DNA of 64,000 bases from Eledone cirrhosa (Eukaryota). A program made the translations under genes and the position numbers. Where the stretch lies: positions 202,740,001-202,804,000 of the forward strand of contig OZ024740.1 of assembly GCA_964016885.1 (NCBI GenBank). Reading direction: 5' to 3'. The notes below the pieces were generated by a model that was not told where the DNA came from, searched no databases, and was given only the letters and a program-made list of their open reading frames with translations. Shown piece after piece: positions 19,136 through 31,960 of the stretch. Position 1 is the stretch's first letter. Each line of letters opens with the position of its first letter.

Positions 19136-19504
19136 GATGATGCTGATGATGATTATGATGACGACTGTAATGAAATGGTGACAGGGCCCTTGAGATATTG
19201 TGTATTATGTCAAATTGAAATGGAGAAGGACATTCTAAATATGTTGCACTTGTATTCTAAATTTAACTAGTGGTGATGTCATTGGTGGTGGTTGGGTGGT
19301 GGTAATAGGGGAGGGGGTGATGGTGGTGGTTGGGTGGTGGTAATAGGGGAGGGGGAGGGGGGTAGTTGTGGTAATGATGGTGGTTATGGTGGCAGTGATG
19401 ATGATGAAGGTGGTGTTGTTGGTGGGTAGTTATGATTGTGGGTGGAGAAAGTTTATATTAATAGAACTTTATACAGTAATATTATCTTTTCATATGTTAG
19501 TTAA

Positions 19505-20190
19505 TTTTTAGTGTTGTAGCATTATTGTAGATTATTGTATGATTATTGTGTACTACTATAATTATAGTATTATAGTACAGTAGGATCATTATATAATATT
19601 GTAGGACTCATATAAATAAATGTAGCACTGTTATATAGTATCATTGTACTATTATAATTTTAGTGTTATAGTACTATAGGATAATTATATAATACTGTAG
19701 GACTGATATAAAGAATTGCTATATAGTAACATTGTACTACTATAATTTTAGTGTTATAGTACTATAGGATAATTATATAATACTGTAGGACTGATATAAA
19801 GAATTGTTATATAGTAACATTGTACTACTATAATTTTAGTGTTATAGTACTATAGGATAATTATATAATACTGTAGGACTGATATAAAGAATTGTTATAT
19901 AGTAACATTGTACTACTATAATTTTAGTGTTATAGTACTATAGGATAATTATATAATACTGTAGGACTGATATAAAGAATTGTTATATAGTAACATTGTA
20001 CTACTATAATTTTAGTGTTATAGTACTATAGGATAATTATATAATACTGTAGGACTGATATAAAGAATTGTTATATAGTAACATTGTACTACTATAATTT
20101 TAGTGTTATAGTACTATAGGATAATTATATAATACTGTAGGACTGATATAAAGAACTAGCATTGTTATATAATATTATTGAACTATAATG
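19505..20190. repeat. 88-bp AT-rich tandem repeat
   Basis: gtaggactga recurs at 19697, 19785, 19873, 19961, 20049 and 20137; degenerate copies at the flanks. Confidence 0.93.
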
Positions 20191-20193
20191 ATA

Positions 20194-20370
20194 ATTGTTT
20201 CTACTTTTGGCACAAGGCCAGCAATTACCCAGTGTATTACTGGTACATTATTTTATCAACACCATAAGGATGAAAGGCAAAGTTAACCTCGGCGGGATTT
20301 GAACTCAGAATGGCAAGGGCCGTAACTCTATGCGTCCGCATGGCGTCCAACCCGCTACCGATACTGCCAA
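20194..20370 (-). mobile_element. tRNA-derived SINE (Nin/Deu-like core)
   Basis: Reverse complement of the 31772-31960 family. Confidence 0.85.
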
Positions 20371-20562
20371 TGATAATAATGAAATTATTGCGTACAGTGT
20401 TCAGGTGCACTACAACTCATCAAAGATGCATGTATAGTACATAGAATAATGTACAAATGTCAGGAAAATGAACAGTGTACGAGTCATGAAATACGTGTGT
20501 GTGTGTATGGAGAGGGGATATCAGGTATAGTGTTGGTGAATCTCAGGAAGCATGGAGGTTTT
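20371..20562 (-). mobile_element. CR1-type LINE 3' tail fragment
   Basis: Matches 61620-61790. Confidence 0.7.
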
Positions 20563-21272
20563 TTCGTAGTTTTATTTATTTATTTATTCAATTTAAATAT
20601 CTGTATAGAGCTAGTAAGCCATGACTAGGGGAAGTATTGAGTACTCCTTACAGTTGGTAATCAAAAAGAGCTAGTGCGACAAGTAATACAAAAAAAATAT
20701 AGAATTAATATGGTATAATACTGTTATAGTGTTGTCATCACCATCATCGTCATCACTATTTAATGTCTATTTTCCAATCTTGCATAGGTTAGATGGGCTG
20801 TTATGTTATGAGACTAGACAAGTGAGGTGAACATGTTTTCCCATACGCTGTTGTTTGGCTTTGGTTTCCACAACTGGATGCCCTTCTTAAAGTCAACCAC
20901 TTTTCAGTGAGTTCTAGGAGCTATGATACCAACACTATCATCTTACAACTATGCAGGCTTAGTTAACCTATTCAGAGATTGCATATCATGGGAAATTTCT
21001 TGGGTGTTTTGATGATAGAGAACTCAGTTCTATCATTCATAAAAAGCAATTTGAAAAGAAGCCGCTTACGGTCTGGTACAGGAATCAAACTCATGACCTT
21101 ATGATCCAGAGACCATCACACTAGCAATAAAACAAGGAATAAGATGGATCAGTAAGATATATACATATCATATGAATCGGGTGTATGCACAGTGTTTGTT
21201 TGGGCTGTTGAACAACATTGAATTAAAGTCATTTTGTGATTATGATAGGACTTTCAACAGTATATATATATA

Positions 21273-22590
21273 TCATCATTATCGTCGTCGTTTAACATCT
21301 ATCTTCCATGCTAGCATGGGTTAGACAGAAATTGTCCCACTTGAGGCAAGATTGGTCGGGTGACTGAGTCTCCCTCATATAGGACTGTATCTGGCAGGTT
21401 TTCTACAGCTGGATGCCCTTCCTAACACCAACTACATTTACAGTATGGACTGGGAGCTTTTTACCATGTTACCTACACAACCACATTACAGTGTGGACTG
21501 TGTGTTTTTTTGCCGTGACACCTACACAATCTCATTAGTTTGGACTGGATGGTGCAGTACCAACATAACTTTATAGAGAAAGGGTGGTGGTGTTGGTGGG
21601 AGTGGAAGGATGAAGTATGTTTGGTTTTGAGGGGCCTACTGACTAGGTTAACTTTGCATGTAGGGAAGGCGGGTCTTCTGTATTACTGTGTGCCGCCAAA
21701 GATCTCGATCCAGTGACATTGTCTAAGAGAGGTGTAAGTGTGCAAGGTCGGAATTTATCACGGCGTCCCTGGTTTTTCTGGGTCTAACTACTCCATAACT
21801 TCCATTAATTTTGATTGCCCAGCACTTTTTTATACAGCTGTCGTCTTTCATGCGCATCACGTGACCATACCAATGTAATCTATCAAGTAAACAAATATAT
21901 ATATATATCATCATCATCATCGTTTAACGTCCATATTCCACGCTTGCATGGGTTTGGACGGGAGTTTTCCCACTTGAGGCAAGAGTGGTTGTCTTGCTCA
22001 CATTGGACTATCTGGCGGGTTTTCTACGGCTGGATGCCCTTCCTAACACCAACCACATTTACAGTGTGGGGCTGGGAGGTTTTTACCGTGTTGCCTACAC
22101 GGCCACATTACAGCGTGGACTATCTGGCGGGTTTTCTACGGCTGGATGCCCTTCCTAACACCAACCACATTTACAGTGTGGGACTGGGAGGTTTTTACCG
22201 TGTTGCCTACACGGCCACATTACAGCGTGGACTGTGTGTTTTTTTGTTGTGACACCTACACGACCTCATTTGTTTCGGGCTGGATGTTGTGGTACCGACA
22301 TAACTTTACATTGAAAGGGGTGGTGTGGATGGGGTGGGGGTAGTGGGACGGGGGTGTATTCTGTTAGAGGTGCCTACTGACTGCAGTAGGTTTCACTTTG
22401 CACTTAGGTAAGGCAGGTCTTCTCTATTACTGTGTAGCGGCAAAGATCTCGGTCCAGTGACATTGTCTTGGAGAGGTGTAAGTGTGTGAGGTCGGAATTT
22501 ATCAAGTCGTCCCAAGTTTTTCTGGGTCTGCCTACTCCGTGGCTACCATCTATCTCTATTGCCTTGCACTTTTTTATACAGCTGTCGTCT
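21273..22590 (-). mobile_element. two tandem RTE LINE 3' ends (21273-~21885 and 21908-22590)
   Basis: [20 protein letters not shown] and DDSCIKKCKAIEIDG, each followed by a 3' UTR and (TGA)n tail; the second has an internal duplication. Confidence 0.85.
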
Positions 22591-22613
22591 ATATATATAT
22601 ATTTATTAAAATA

Positions 22614-22689
22614 ACAGATTAAAGTTTAAGCAAAGAATCGCTGCTTTCACCCTTAACGGGATCTTCTGAAACTAACAAAGTCAATCTGT
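22614..22689 (-). ncRNA. hammerhead-like fold, family B (variant core)
   Basis: Reverse complement of 25058-25133. Confidence 0.6.
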
Positions 22690-23304
22690 AAACGCAGAAC
22701 TGGATATTTAAAAAAACGTTGCAACCGGAGGAAGACAGGAAGACGATACTTTGGTTCGTGGAAACGTTCGCTGGCAAAGAACGGGAAAAAACGAATAATA
22801 CGTCATTAATAGGAGCGGTGAAAAACAATTACGCGCAAAGATAGAACCACGTAAAAGAGGTCGTAGACTTATGTTCTCTTAGGTGGTGCATAGAGACGTT
22901 CTCTGGCAATGAACGAAAAAATGAAGATAATAAGTCATATGTGGAGCGTGGAGAACAATAGCACGCAAAGACAAAACCACGTAAATGGTATAGCAGAAGT
23001 TGTAGACTAAAATTCTAACTAGGAGACCAAATGAATCTCTGCTACAGAGTTAAGAACAAAGTAAATAAATACAATACAGAAGTAATAGAAATAAATAAAT
23101 ACATACACGCAAACTAATACGTACATACACAAGCATACGCAAAACCTTACCATAGGTATACAAAACCACGCACATATAAATATGTGTGTGTGTGTATGCT
23201 TGTGTACAAATAAATAAATAATTATATAAACGTATATAAGTAAATAAATACGTATATAACAAGCGCACACACATACCTACAAATAAATACACGAATGTTC
23301 GGAG

Positions 23305-24154
23305 AACCATCCTGCCAGCATAACCAAGAACCTGGTAAAAAACGTTTCGTTGAGACTTTCCCGTCTTTCCACCAACGAGCGCATTTTCAACGACCATTCC
23401 ACTTATTACAATGAAGCTCTTGCTCGAAGTGGATTTGTCGATAAGGTAGCATATACGGAGTACGAAAATAGACCTAGAAGAAATAGATCCCGTCGCATTT
23501 GTTGGTTTAACCCACCATATAATATGGAGGTGGCCACACCATTAGCTAAGATCTTTCTTTCCCTTATTACGAAGTATTTTCCCCCTACACATAAATATAG
23601 TAAAATTTTTAATAGAAATACTATTAAAATTTCTTACTCTACGACTCACAGCTTCAAATTTAGCTAAACTACCTAGCCGTAGGAACACGTGCAACCCTGT
23701 AGTTAGTATTAACTGTAATTGTAGGAATCGGGCTGATTGCCCCCTATCCGGGAAATGCCTCTCTAGTAACATTGTCTACAAATGTAAGGTTGTAACACCC
23801 ACGTCCTGTAGGGCCTACATAGGGTTAACCGCCAATAGTTTCAAGCAGCGTCTTTACATGCATACCCATTCTTTTCGTTACCCTCTAAGAAGGAATATGA
23901 TGTCACTTTCAGCTTATATCTGGAGTCTAAAAGACAACCACACCCAATATAAGTTACACTGGGAGATCCTAGCTAGGGCTAGATCGTATAACGGAAATAA
24001 AAGACCATGTGACCTCTGCGCCGCTGAGGCCCTGGAAATACTCTACGCCACAGACCACATCTTAAACAAAAAATCTGAGGCAATTTCGGCTTGTAAACAT
24101 AAATTGCACAAAACTTTCCTGTATTACAGCCCCACGTTATACCCTAACGGATAG
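23305..24154 (+). pseudogene. PLE RT thumb plus GIY-YIG endonuclease, one frameshift near 23650
   Basis: NHPASITK..WFNPPYN..KIFNRNTIKISYS / CNCRNRADCPLSGKC..NIVYKC..AYIGLTANSFKQR..H..LSAYIWSLK..CDLCAAE. Confidence 0.9.
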
Positions 24155-25057
24155 CACGATCTATACGTGGATATTTTACGTCTTGATGTGGGAGCTAAGT
24201 ATATGTTTTGTTTATTCCTTTACTTATTTGCATAGGTAAGTATATATTACCCGTATGTTTTGTGAAGGTATGTATACCTTCTCGTACGTATATTTGACTG
24301 TTATGGCGTATAATTTTTACATATTCTGGCATTTAGGGTTTGGCTATGTGTATACGAGAGTTTTGCGTCTGCGTGAGTATGCAGGTTCGTACGTATGGTG
24401 GGTGTGTGTATATGTGTACTTCTTGTTTTAGTTGACTTACGTCTCCGAACATTTGTGTATTTATTTGTAGGTATGTGTGTGCGCTTGTTATATACGTATT
24501 TATTTACTTATATACGTTTATATAATTATTTATTTATTTGTACACAAGCATACGCACACACACATATTTATATGTGCGTGGTTTTGTATACCTATGGTAA
24601 GGTTTTGCGTATGCTTGTGTATGTACGTATCTGTTTGTGTGTATGTATTTATTTGTTTCGATTACTTCTGTATTGTATTTATTTACTTTGTTCTTAACTC
24701 TGTAGCGGAGATTCATTTGGTCTCCGAGTTAGAATTTTAGTCTACAACTTCTGCTATACCATTTATGTGGTTTTGTCTTTGCGTGCTATTGTTCTCCACG
24801 CTCCACATATGACTTATTATCTTCGTTTTTTCGTTCATTGCCAGAGAACGTCTCTATGCACCACCTAAGAGAACATTAGTCTACGACCTCTTTTACGTGG
24901 TTCTGTCTTTGCGCGTAATTGTTTTTCACCGCTCCTATTAATGACGTATTATTCGTTTTTTCCCGTTCTTTGCCAGCGAACGTTTCCACGAACCAAAGTA
25001 TCGTCTTCCTGTCTTCCTCCGGTTGCAACGTTTTTTGAAATATCCAGTTCTGCGTTT

Positions 25058-25133
25058 ACAGATTGACTTTGTTAGTTTCAGAAGATCCCGTTAAGGGTGA
25101 AAGCAGCGATTCTTTGCTTAAACTTTAATCTGT
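25058..25133 (+). ncRNA. type I hammerhead-like fold, family B (CAGAAGA core)
   Basis: Stem I ACAGATTGA/TTAATCTGT plus AGTTT/AAACT with a 7-nt bulge; stem II CCC/GGG; GAAA at 25099-25102; stem III AGCAG/TTGCT; CUU triplet. Confidence 0.65.
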
Positions 25134-25250
25134 TATTTTAATAAATATTTGCTCTACGGTTCTTATATATTTGATATATATTTTCCTTATCGAGCCCTCC
25201 TTGGATTTTAGTCTTCAATTTTATTATTATTACTATATATATATATATAT

Positions 25251-25443
25251 ATAGGAAAATGTATGACCCCAATGGCAGAGCTCAAGCCGTTTCGACGGCT
25301 ATTTCAGTCCAGAAATAGCCGTCGAAACGGCTTGAGCTCTGCCGTCGGGGTCATACATTTTCCTATTACCCACTCTACTACCCTAAGTATTGAGTACTCT
25401 GGTGCATTATGGTCCATCTGGTTCCTTAGCACAACTCCTTCAT
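25251..25443 (+). mobile_element. short palindromic insertion with a hammerhead 3' half (family D) and tail
   Basis: 25251-25366 is a palindrome centred on agtcca; contains GAAACGGC..GCCGTC; related copy at 62057-62120(-). Confidence 0.6.
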
Positions 25444-25467
25444 TATATATATATATATATATATATA

Positions 25468-25812
25468 TCATCATCATCATCATCATCATCACCGTTTTAC
25501 GTCCGTTCTTCCACGCTAGCATGGGTTAGACGGGTTGTCCTGTTGTGGGCAGTGTCTGGTCGGCTGACCATGCCTTGCTCATACAGGAACTGATCTGGCT
25601 TGATTTCTACAGCTGGATGCCCTTCCTAACACCAACCTCATTTACAGTGAGTGCTGGGTGCTTTTTCGTGGCGCCTACACGTCCACTTTACAGTGTGGGC
25701 TGGGTGCTTTTTTGCCGTGGCACCTCCACGACCACCTTGCGGTGGGGGGGGGGGGGGGCATATTGTTTATATGCTTCAGCATGTACCCATGGGAGGTCGG
25801 GTACCCTGTATT
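25468..25812 (-). mobile_element. RTE LINE 3' UTR
   Basis: Near-identical reverse complement of ~6510-6839. Confidence 0.9.
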
Positions 25813-26325
25813 ACTATATATATATATATAAAGGAATTTCATTCCTTTGTCTCAAATTTGAATTCACCGCCAAAGCGGGGGTTACCTCCCTTGGAGAAAA
25901 CCACGTGTCTATAGCGAAATTCACTGCTAGAACATACCCGCAGAGGCTAAAGAAGTAAATCCTTTGTTCTGTCATCAAAAACCATTAACTTGCAGACCCC
26001 TGCAAGCGGAATTTGTCGATCTTGGATTTGCAGAAACCTAGCGTTGATGTTCTGTGCTGTATGTGATGTATATCGTGTGCTATACGATATGCATTATATA
26101 TTCCATTCAATCCCAGCGTTCTAAAATCTTTTCCTGAGTCCTGTATTTTCGTTGCTGTGGTAATGCGGCTGGACTGCCGATCGCTATATTTGATTTGCTA
26201 AGCTGTCTAAATGTATTGTTATTACTCTGGGGTACTATTTCCATCCGAGTGCTAAAGCTACATACCAAATTTGCATTCGTTAGCTTAGCTGCAAACTAAG
26301 GTTTCGTTAATGCTGTACTAAAATT

Positions 26326-26370
<45 letters not shown>

Positions 26371-26377
26371 CCATATA

Positions 26378-26553
26378 CAGTAAAATTCCATTATAATGAA
26401 ATTCACTGATTGTAAAAAAAAATTCCTTGTAATGAAAGATTCTTTATAACGAGATCGACCTAACACATCGAGCGTGTGGCCAGGGATTGAAAAGAATGTT
26501 GTTATACTGAAAAATTTGTTATAATGGTATTCGTTATAATGGAATTTTACCTG
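26378..26553. mobile_element. Tc1/mariner (pogo/Tigger-like) MITE
   Basis: TIRs cagtaaaattccattataatgaa and ttcgttataatggaattttacctg. Confidence 0.75.
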
Positions 26554-26555
26554 TG

Positions 26556-26598
<43 letters not shown>

Positions 26599-27040
26599 AC
26601 TTTGCCAATAAAAACACACACACGAGTTGAGTTTCACTTCAATTTATTATTATAATTTCCCAGTCAGTCAGTTTAATAACAGGATGGTTATTTAGTTGTT
26701 GATTGCCAAAACTCTTTTGTCACACATTCTGTGACTACTTTTGTTACTTTGTCTCTGTTTTACACCATCTTGTCTTTGTGAGCTGTGTACTTGGACTGTG
26801 CATGCGTTACATCTGGGTGTGTGTTTTTATTTATTTATTTTCTCTCTCTTTTCTCCTTGTCACTAGTTAGTTACTTGTTATTCGGGTTTTTGTGCTCTCT
26901 ATATATGTGTGTGTGTCTGTAGCAGGGAAGGCGGTCTGTCTATCTTATTAGTTTGTGGTTTCATGCAGTAGGGGGACATTAAGAGTATATGTAAAATATC
27001 TTAAAAAGTTCTTATACAAAATTATGTTGGAAGATACCCT

Positions 27041-27256
27041 TTAACCCTTTAGCATTTCAACTGGCCATATCTGGCCAAAATTCTCTCACCTCTTTCTGTT
27101 CAAACTGGCCATAACTGGCCACTCATACTGACGTTAAGGTATTGTTCTCAAAATAAATAGCATCAAAATCTCGTAGATTCGATATTATATGAGATAAAGC
27201 CATTACCACGAAAATACAATAGTATATATAGAGTGATGTAAATATTAAAGGGTTAA
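27041..27256 (+). mobile_element. piggyBac-type MITE
   Basis: TTAA-CCCTTTAGCATTT ... AAATATTAAAGGG-TTAA. Confidence 0.75.
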
Positions 27257-28492
27257 AATTAGGGGATTGGTTCAGTTATGAAGGTGTGTGGCTTAGTGCT
27301 TAAAGTGTTGGATTCTCATGCATGAAGTCATGGCTATGATTCCTGGACTGTTATATTTCTTAACAAGACAATTCCTTTCGTGTTGATAGGATTGGAGGCC
27401 CCTATCATTAAAATCCTTAAGAAACCCATGTGATATAACCTTGTAGGAGGTAAAATAAACCTGCATAGATGTGAAGAGTAAATTTCATTTTATTTTAAGA
27501 TGGTATTTATAACATAGCAAAGGGTTCTTATATAAAATGTTGTTGGAAATTTTTAACTTAAATAGGAACTCTTTAAAAGAGGTTTTGGTTGGGTTGTTAC
27601 CAAAAGAATTAATTTTTCTGAGTTAAGAACTTCTGAAACCAATGATTATCAAAACCAGACAGCATGGGGAGGGGGAATGCTAGCTTATATCACCATTAAT
27701 TATGGAATTGTCAATTAATAAGAAATTAAACTTCTAATCAATATGGTCAGCTTATATCTTACTGATATAACTGCAGCATTTAGCAAGTATAAATAGTTTT
27801 GACATTCGCTATCAACAGTTTTCAAACCATCATCATCATCATACTCATTATCATCATCATCATCATCACCACATCCTCTATTACTACCTTGTTTGTTCAA
27901 TTCTTTCCAGGACAAAAAGACAGTCCTTGCCCCATAGTCCTACCTAACCCATACCAATACACAAAGACAGATACAACAGGGCTTCCACAACCAACCCTAG
28001 CCATTATGAAAAGTTAGGCATGCCCTACCTCATACCGTGAAGGGGTTGAGAAAGGCATCTGGCTATGGAGGCCATGTCAAAACAGAACATATGAACTAGA
28101 TGTGATCAACAGATAGGCTTAGTTGTAGAGTGTGACAGCCTGACTGGCCCCAGCAGACTTGGAAAATAGATGTTTAACTATGATGATGATGATGATATGT
28201 ATGGAAAATCAGACATACTCCACAATATACTACCAAGCACAATTCACTCCGTTTAAGGCTACCCCCATGACATATTGCTTGCTCTCCCACAGCACTGATG
28301 ACATGACAAAAAACACCCAGTTCACTCTGTAAGATGATAGTGGTGGCGCTACAAAAACGTTCCCAGTATACACAGTAATGTGACTGACATTAGGAAAGGC
28401 ATCCTGCCACAGAAAATGGAGCCAAAAATGGATCATATGAGCAAGATGTGAAAGCCCATCTAAACCATACAAGTAATAGTGATGATCATACA

Positions 28493-28530
<38 letters not shown>

Positions 28531-28619
28531 CACACACACACATAAATCAACACAGGATTTTAGTTTCAACTTAGTAGTTTCATAGTTTGTGCTAATGAAG
28601 GTTCACATCTTTCCATATA

Positions 28620-28990
28620 TCCAAAGTTGTGTATTCCAGCTGCAAAAACTAATATCATCAGCCATGGGGTTCCTCCGAAAGGTCTTTGGAGTAACGTTAC
28701 TGAATAGAGTGTGTAGCTCTCAGAGATCAGGGAGTCACTTCAGGTAGAACCACTACTTCTCCGAATTGAGAGATCACAGCTCCGATACTATGGGCATGTG
28801 GTTAGAATGTCTATGGACATGTGGTTAGAATGTCTCAGGAAAGAATCACGGGACAGATTTTACGGGGCAAAACCAACAGGTAGGTGACCCAAGGCTAGAC
28901 CCCGAGTAAGATGGTTGCTTGGGGATCCAGCCAGATCAGTTGCAGATGGTTGCATCTGACAAGATCCACTAGAAGTGGATGAAGAAGATA
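28620..28990 (+). pseudogene. degenerate RTE LINE 3' fragment
   Basis: IERSQLRYYGHVVRMS..AKPTGR*PKARPRVRW; same family as 61030-61380. Confidence 0.7.
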
Positions 28991-31184
28991 TAGGGGGGGG
29001 GGGTAGTAGATATGTGAGAGGAGGATGACTGGGTAGGATACACACACACATAGAGAGATATATATATATATGTATACACACACACATATATATATGCACA
29101 CACATAGAGAGAGATATATATATATGTATACACACACACACATATATATATATGCACACACATAAATAAACCTAGCAATTAATAACTTAGTCACAGTTTA
29201 ACTGATATGATTTATTTATTGTTTTATCATCATAAGTAAGGCTTTCTTAATCCATATTTCACATATTAACAATGGACATGTTTATATAATGCTAAATCAA
29301 GGCTAGTGCACTCAGATCAGTTGAATCTGAGAAACTTCCTTTTAAATAGATCATCATTTAGCATGTTTTCCCTGCAAGTAAAAGTTGGAATGAATGTCAC
29401 TGACCAAGTCAGTACTTAATTAGAGCTGCAAACCTCTCATATGGGCCATGCCCACATCTAACATTCTACCGAGTGCACCAACAATAGGGAAGTTGTTATG
29501 CTCTCTCAACCCTATGTTTGGCAAGTTGTCTATGACTGGATGTCTTTCCTATTACTAATCACTTTACAGAGTATCTAAAGTCTATCTTAAGCCAGAAGGC
29601 TTGTTAGGCTGGTGCTTATCCCAGTTTCATGGCATGAAGCAACAGAGTACAAGACTCCCCACTGGACAGGACGCTAGTCCATTGCAGGGTTAAACCCCCA
29701 GCTATTGCTGGTACTCATTTTTAGCTGAGTATAGTGGATGCATTTTGTTGTGATACCAGCACTAGAGACATTATCATACTCTTAATACAACAGAAAAGTC
29801 CTCTATCCTTTTTTGTTTTCTTTTACAGCTGGACTCCCTATCACCAGCCACTTTACAGGGTGTACTTGGTGGATTTTTTATGGCACCAGCACTAATGAGG
29901 TTGTTGAGTCATGATTGAAGTGTCTTCTTAACCCTTTTTTGACATCGTTCCTATAACTGGAAGCCCTTCCTAGCACCAACCACCTTACAATATGTACTGG
30001 GTGTGTTTTACTGTGGCACCAGCACTAAGGATGTTGTCAGTCATTGACTCAACTGAAAAGCACTCTCTACTCTATGGGGTGAGGGAAATAGTAGGAGGAT
30101 AAGTATGATGTCATGAGTAAGTGACAATAGATAGAAGGGGTTAGGTATAGTCAGAGATATCTAATTTTGTTCATACACTCCATATCTGGCATGATTTCTA
30201 TGGCTCGATGTACTTCTTAATGGCAACCATTTTACAGAGTGTACAGGTTGCATTTTATCCTGGATTCTACACTATCACTTTACCGAGTGTATTGGGTGCA
30301 TACTATCATAGTACCAACCCTAGCCCTTTACACACACATATTACTGTGGTTAAGGAGTTTGTTTTGCAATCACATGCTTTTGGGTTTACTCCCACTGTAT
30401 GGTGCCTTCTACTATTGAAATTTGGGAAATAAAAACTATGAAAGTCCATCATATACATGTGTGTGTTTACATTTGTGTCTTGTTCATGTTCTGTATCCTA
30501 GCTATTTGACAAAGATTCATGAAATAAGTACCAAACTTGAAAAAATAAATACTGGAGTTGATATGATTGACTAAGTCCTCACCCCTCAGCCCTGATACAC
30601 CTCTCCTGCCCAACCCATGCATACAAGCATGGAAAACTTGACATAATTCACATCCGATTTCCTACAATACTGCTGCCATGACAAAAAAAAAAAAAGCACT
30701 AAGTCTATTCTGTATGGCGATCTGGTATCACAAAATAAATGCATCTAGTCCACATGGTAAAGTGGTTGGTGTGGGGAAGGACATCCAGTCATAGAAAACA
30801 AGCTAAAATGCAGATCTGTATAAGGATGACGTGGTCACCTGACCTGCTAGCCTCGTAATATGTCAACCTGTCTAACCCATGCAAACGCGATATATCTATA
30901 TATATATACACACACGCGCATGTATGTGTGTGTGTGTCAAGAAACAGCAATTAGCCTACTTAAATTTCATTAACCTAATGATAACATAGTGGTCTTTCCT
31001 CACTAAATTATACAGTTAGTTATTTAATCTTCTTGTAAGTAAGACCTCTCTGCCTACATTTAAAATTGTATTCTAGTTACTATGCTTTCAGAGCATAGTA
31101 ACTAAAATAAGAACAGAATGGGAAAAAATTTAAGGAACTATTGTCTTTACTGGAAACAAAGGAGGTCTCTCTCTCTCTCTATGT

Positions 31185-31665
31185 GAACGGTAGATTATAT
31201 GATAGTTGGGTCTATAGTGCAATGTTGCATGGTAGTGAAACATGGGCATTGAATGCAGAACATGCATAAAGGTTAGATTCAATTAACAAAGTGAGCAGAC
31301 TCTGCTGGATATGTCATATTAGTGTGCATCTTCTACAAAGCACCGATGAATTGAAAGGAAAACTTGATATATGAGGAATTGAATATTGCATTGAAGAGAG
31401 AAAGCTGTGCTGGCATAGACATATAATGTATATGGATGATGACAGTTGAGTAAAGATGTGGCAGGAGTTCCAAGTGGTAGGAGCTAGTGGAAGAAGAAGA
31501 CTAAGGAAAAGATGAACAGATGTGATGAATGCTGATCTTAGGATGATGAACCTCATAGAGGAAAAGTTGAAGAAATACAAATAGCAAGATGCTTTCTTTG
31601 AGAGGAGCTACCCAACCTATGGAAGCATGGAAAAGCAGATATAAAAATAATGTGGATGATGATGA
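31185..31665 (+). pseudogene. degenerate RTE LINE 3' fragment
   Basis: GRLY..SAMLHGSETWALN, a decayed C-terminus and a (GAT)n tail. Confidence 0.7.
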
Positions 31666-31771
31666 TGGTGGTGGTTATTTGACTATGTTCGAAGCTTCCT
31701 CTCTACTCACACATAACACACTTTCAATTCAATGGTTTCTAATTAAGCCTTTAGTATTTATATTACTCTAA

Positions 31772-31960
31772 GGGCGGTCGATTGACAGTATCGGTAGAGG
31801 GTCGGACGCCATGCTTTGACGTATAGAGTTATGGCCCTTTCGATTCTGAGTTCAAATCCTGCCGAGGTTAACTTTGCCTTTCATCCTTACGGAGTCGATA
31901 AAATAAAGTACCAGTAATACACTGGGATAATTGCTGGCCTTGTGCCAAAAGTAGAAACAA
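31772..31960 (+). mobile_element. tRNA-derived SINE (Nin/Deu-like core), full length
   Basis: Pol III A- and B-box-like motifs, core, and 3' end gctggccttgtgccaaaagtagaaac. Confidence 0.85.

Larger units (their letters stand above)
22601..25233 (+). mobile_element. Penelope-like retroelement with C-terminal GIY-YIG endonuclease; 5'-truncated with an inverted 5' pLTR
   Basis: Inverted pLTR at 22601-23304, coding remnant at 23305-24154, then 3' pLTR and tail to 25233; (TA)n on both sides. Confidence 0.92.

Noticed and set aside
19505-20190. Regular repeats (88, 48 and 32 bp) as CRISPR-like arrays
   Set aside because: Head-to-tail units with no unique spacers, in a eukaryotic context with no cas genes.
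27745-27800. Possible SIK3 exon 2 end (..QLYQ, gtaag) on the minus strand
   Set aside because: The upstream sequence does not encode VAIK or HPHI, and the donor phase does not fit.
31772-31870. A/B-box sequences as tRNA genes
   Set aside because: These are SINE heads that continue into a shared core and tail; no convincing cloverleaf.
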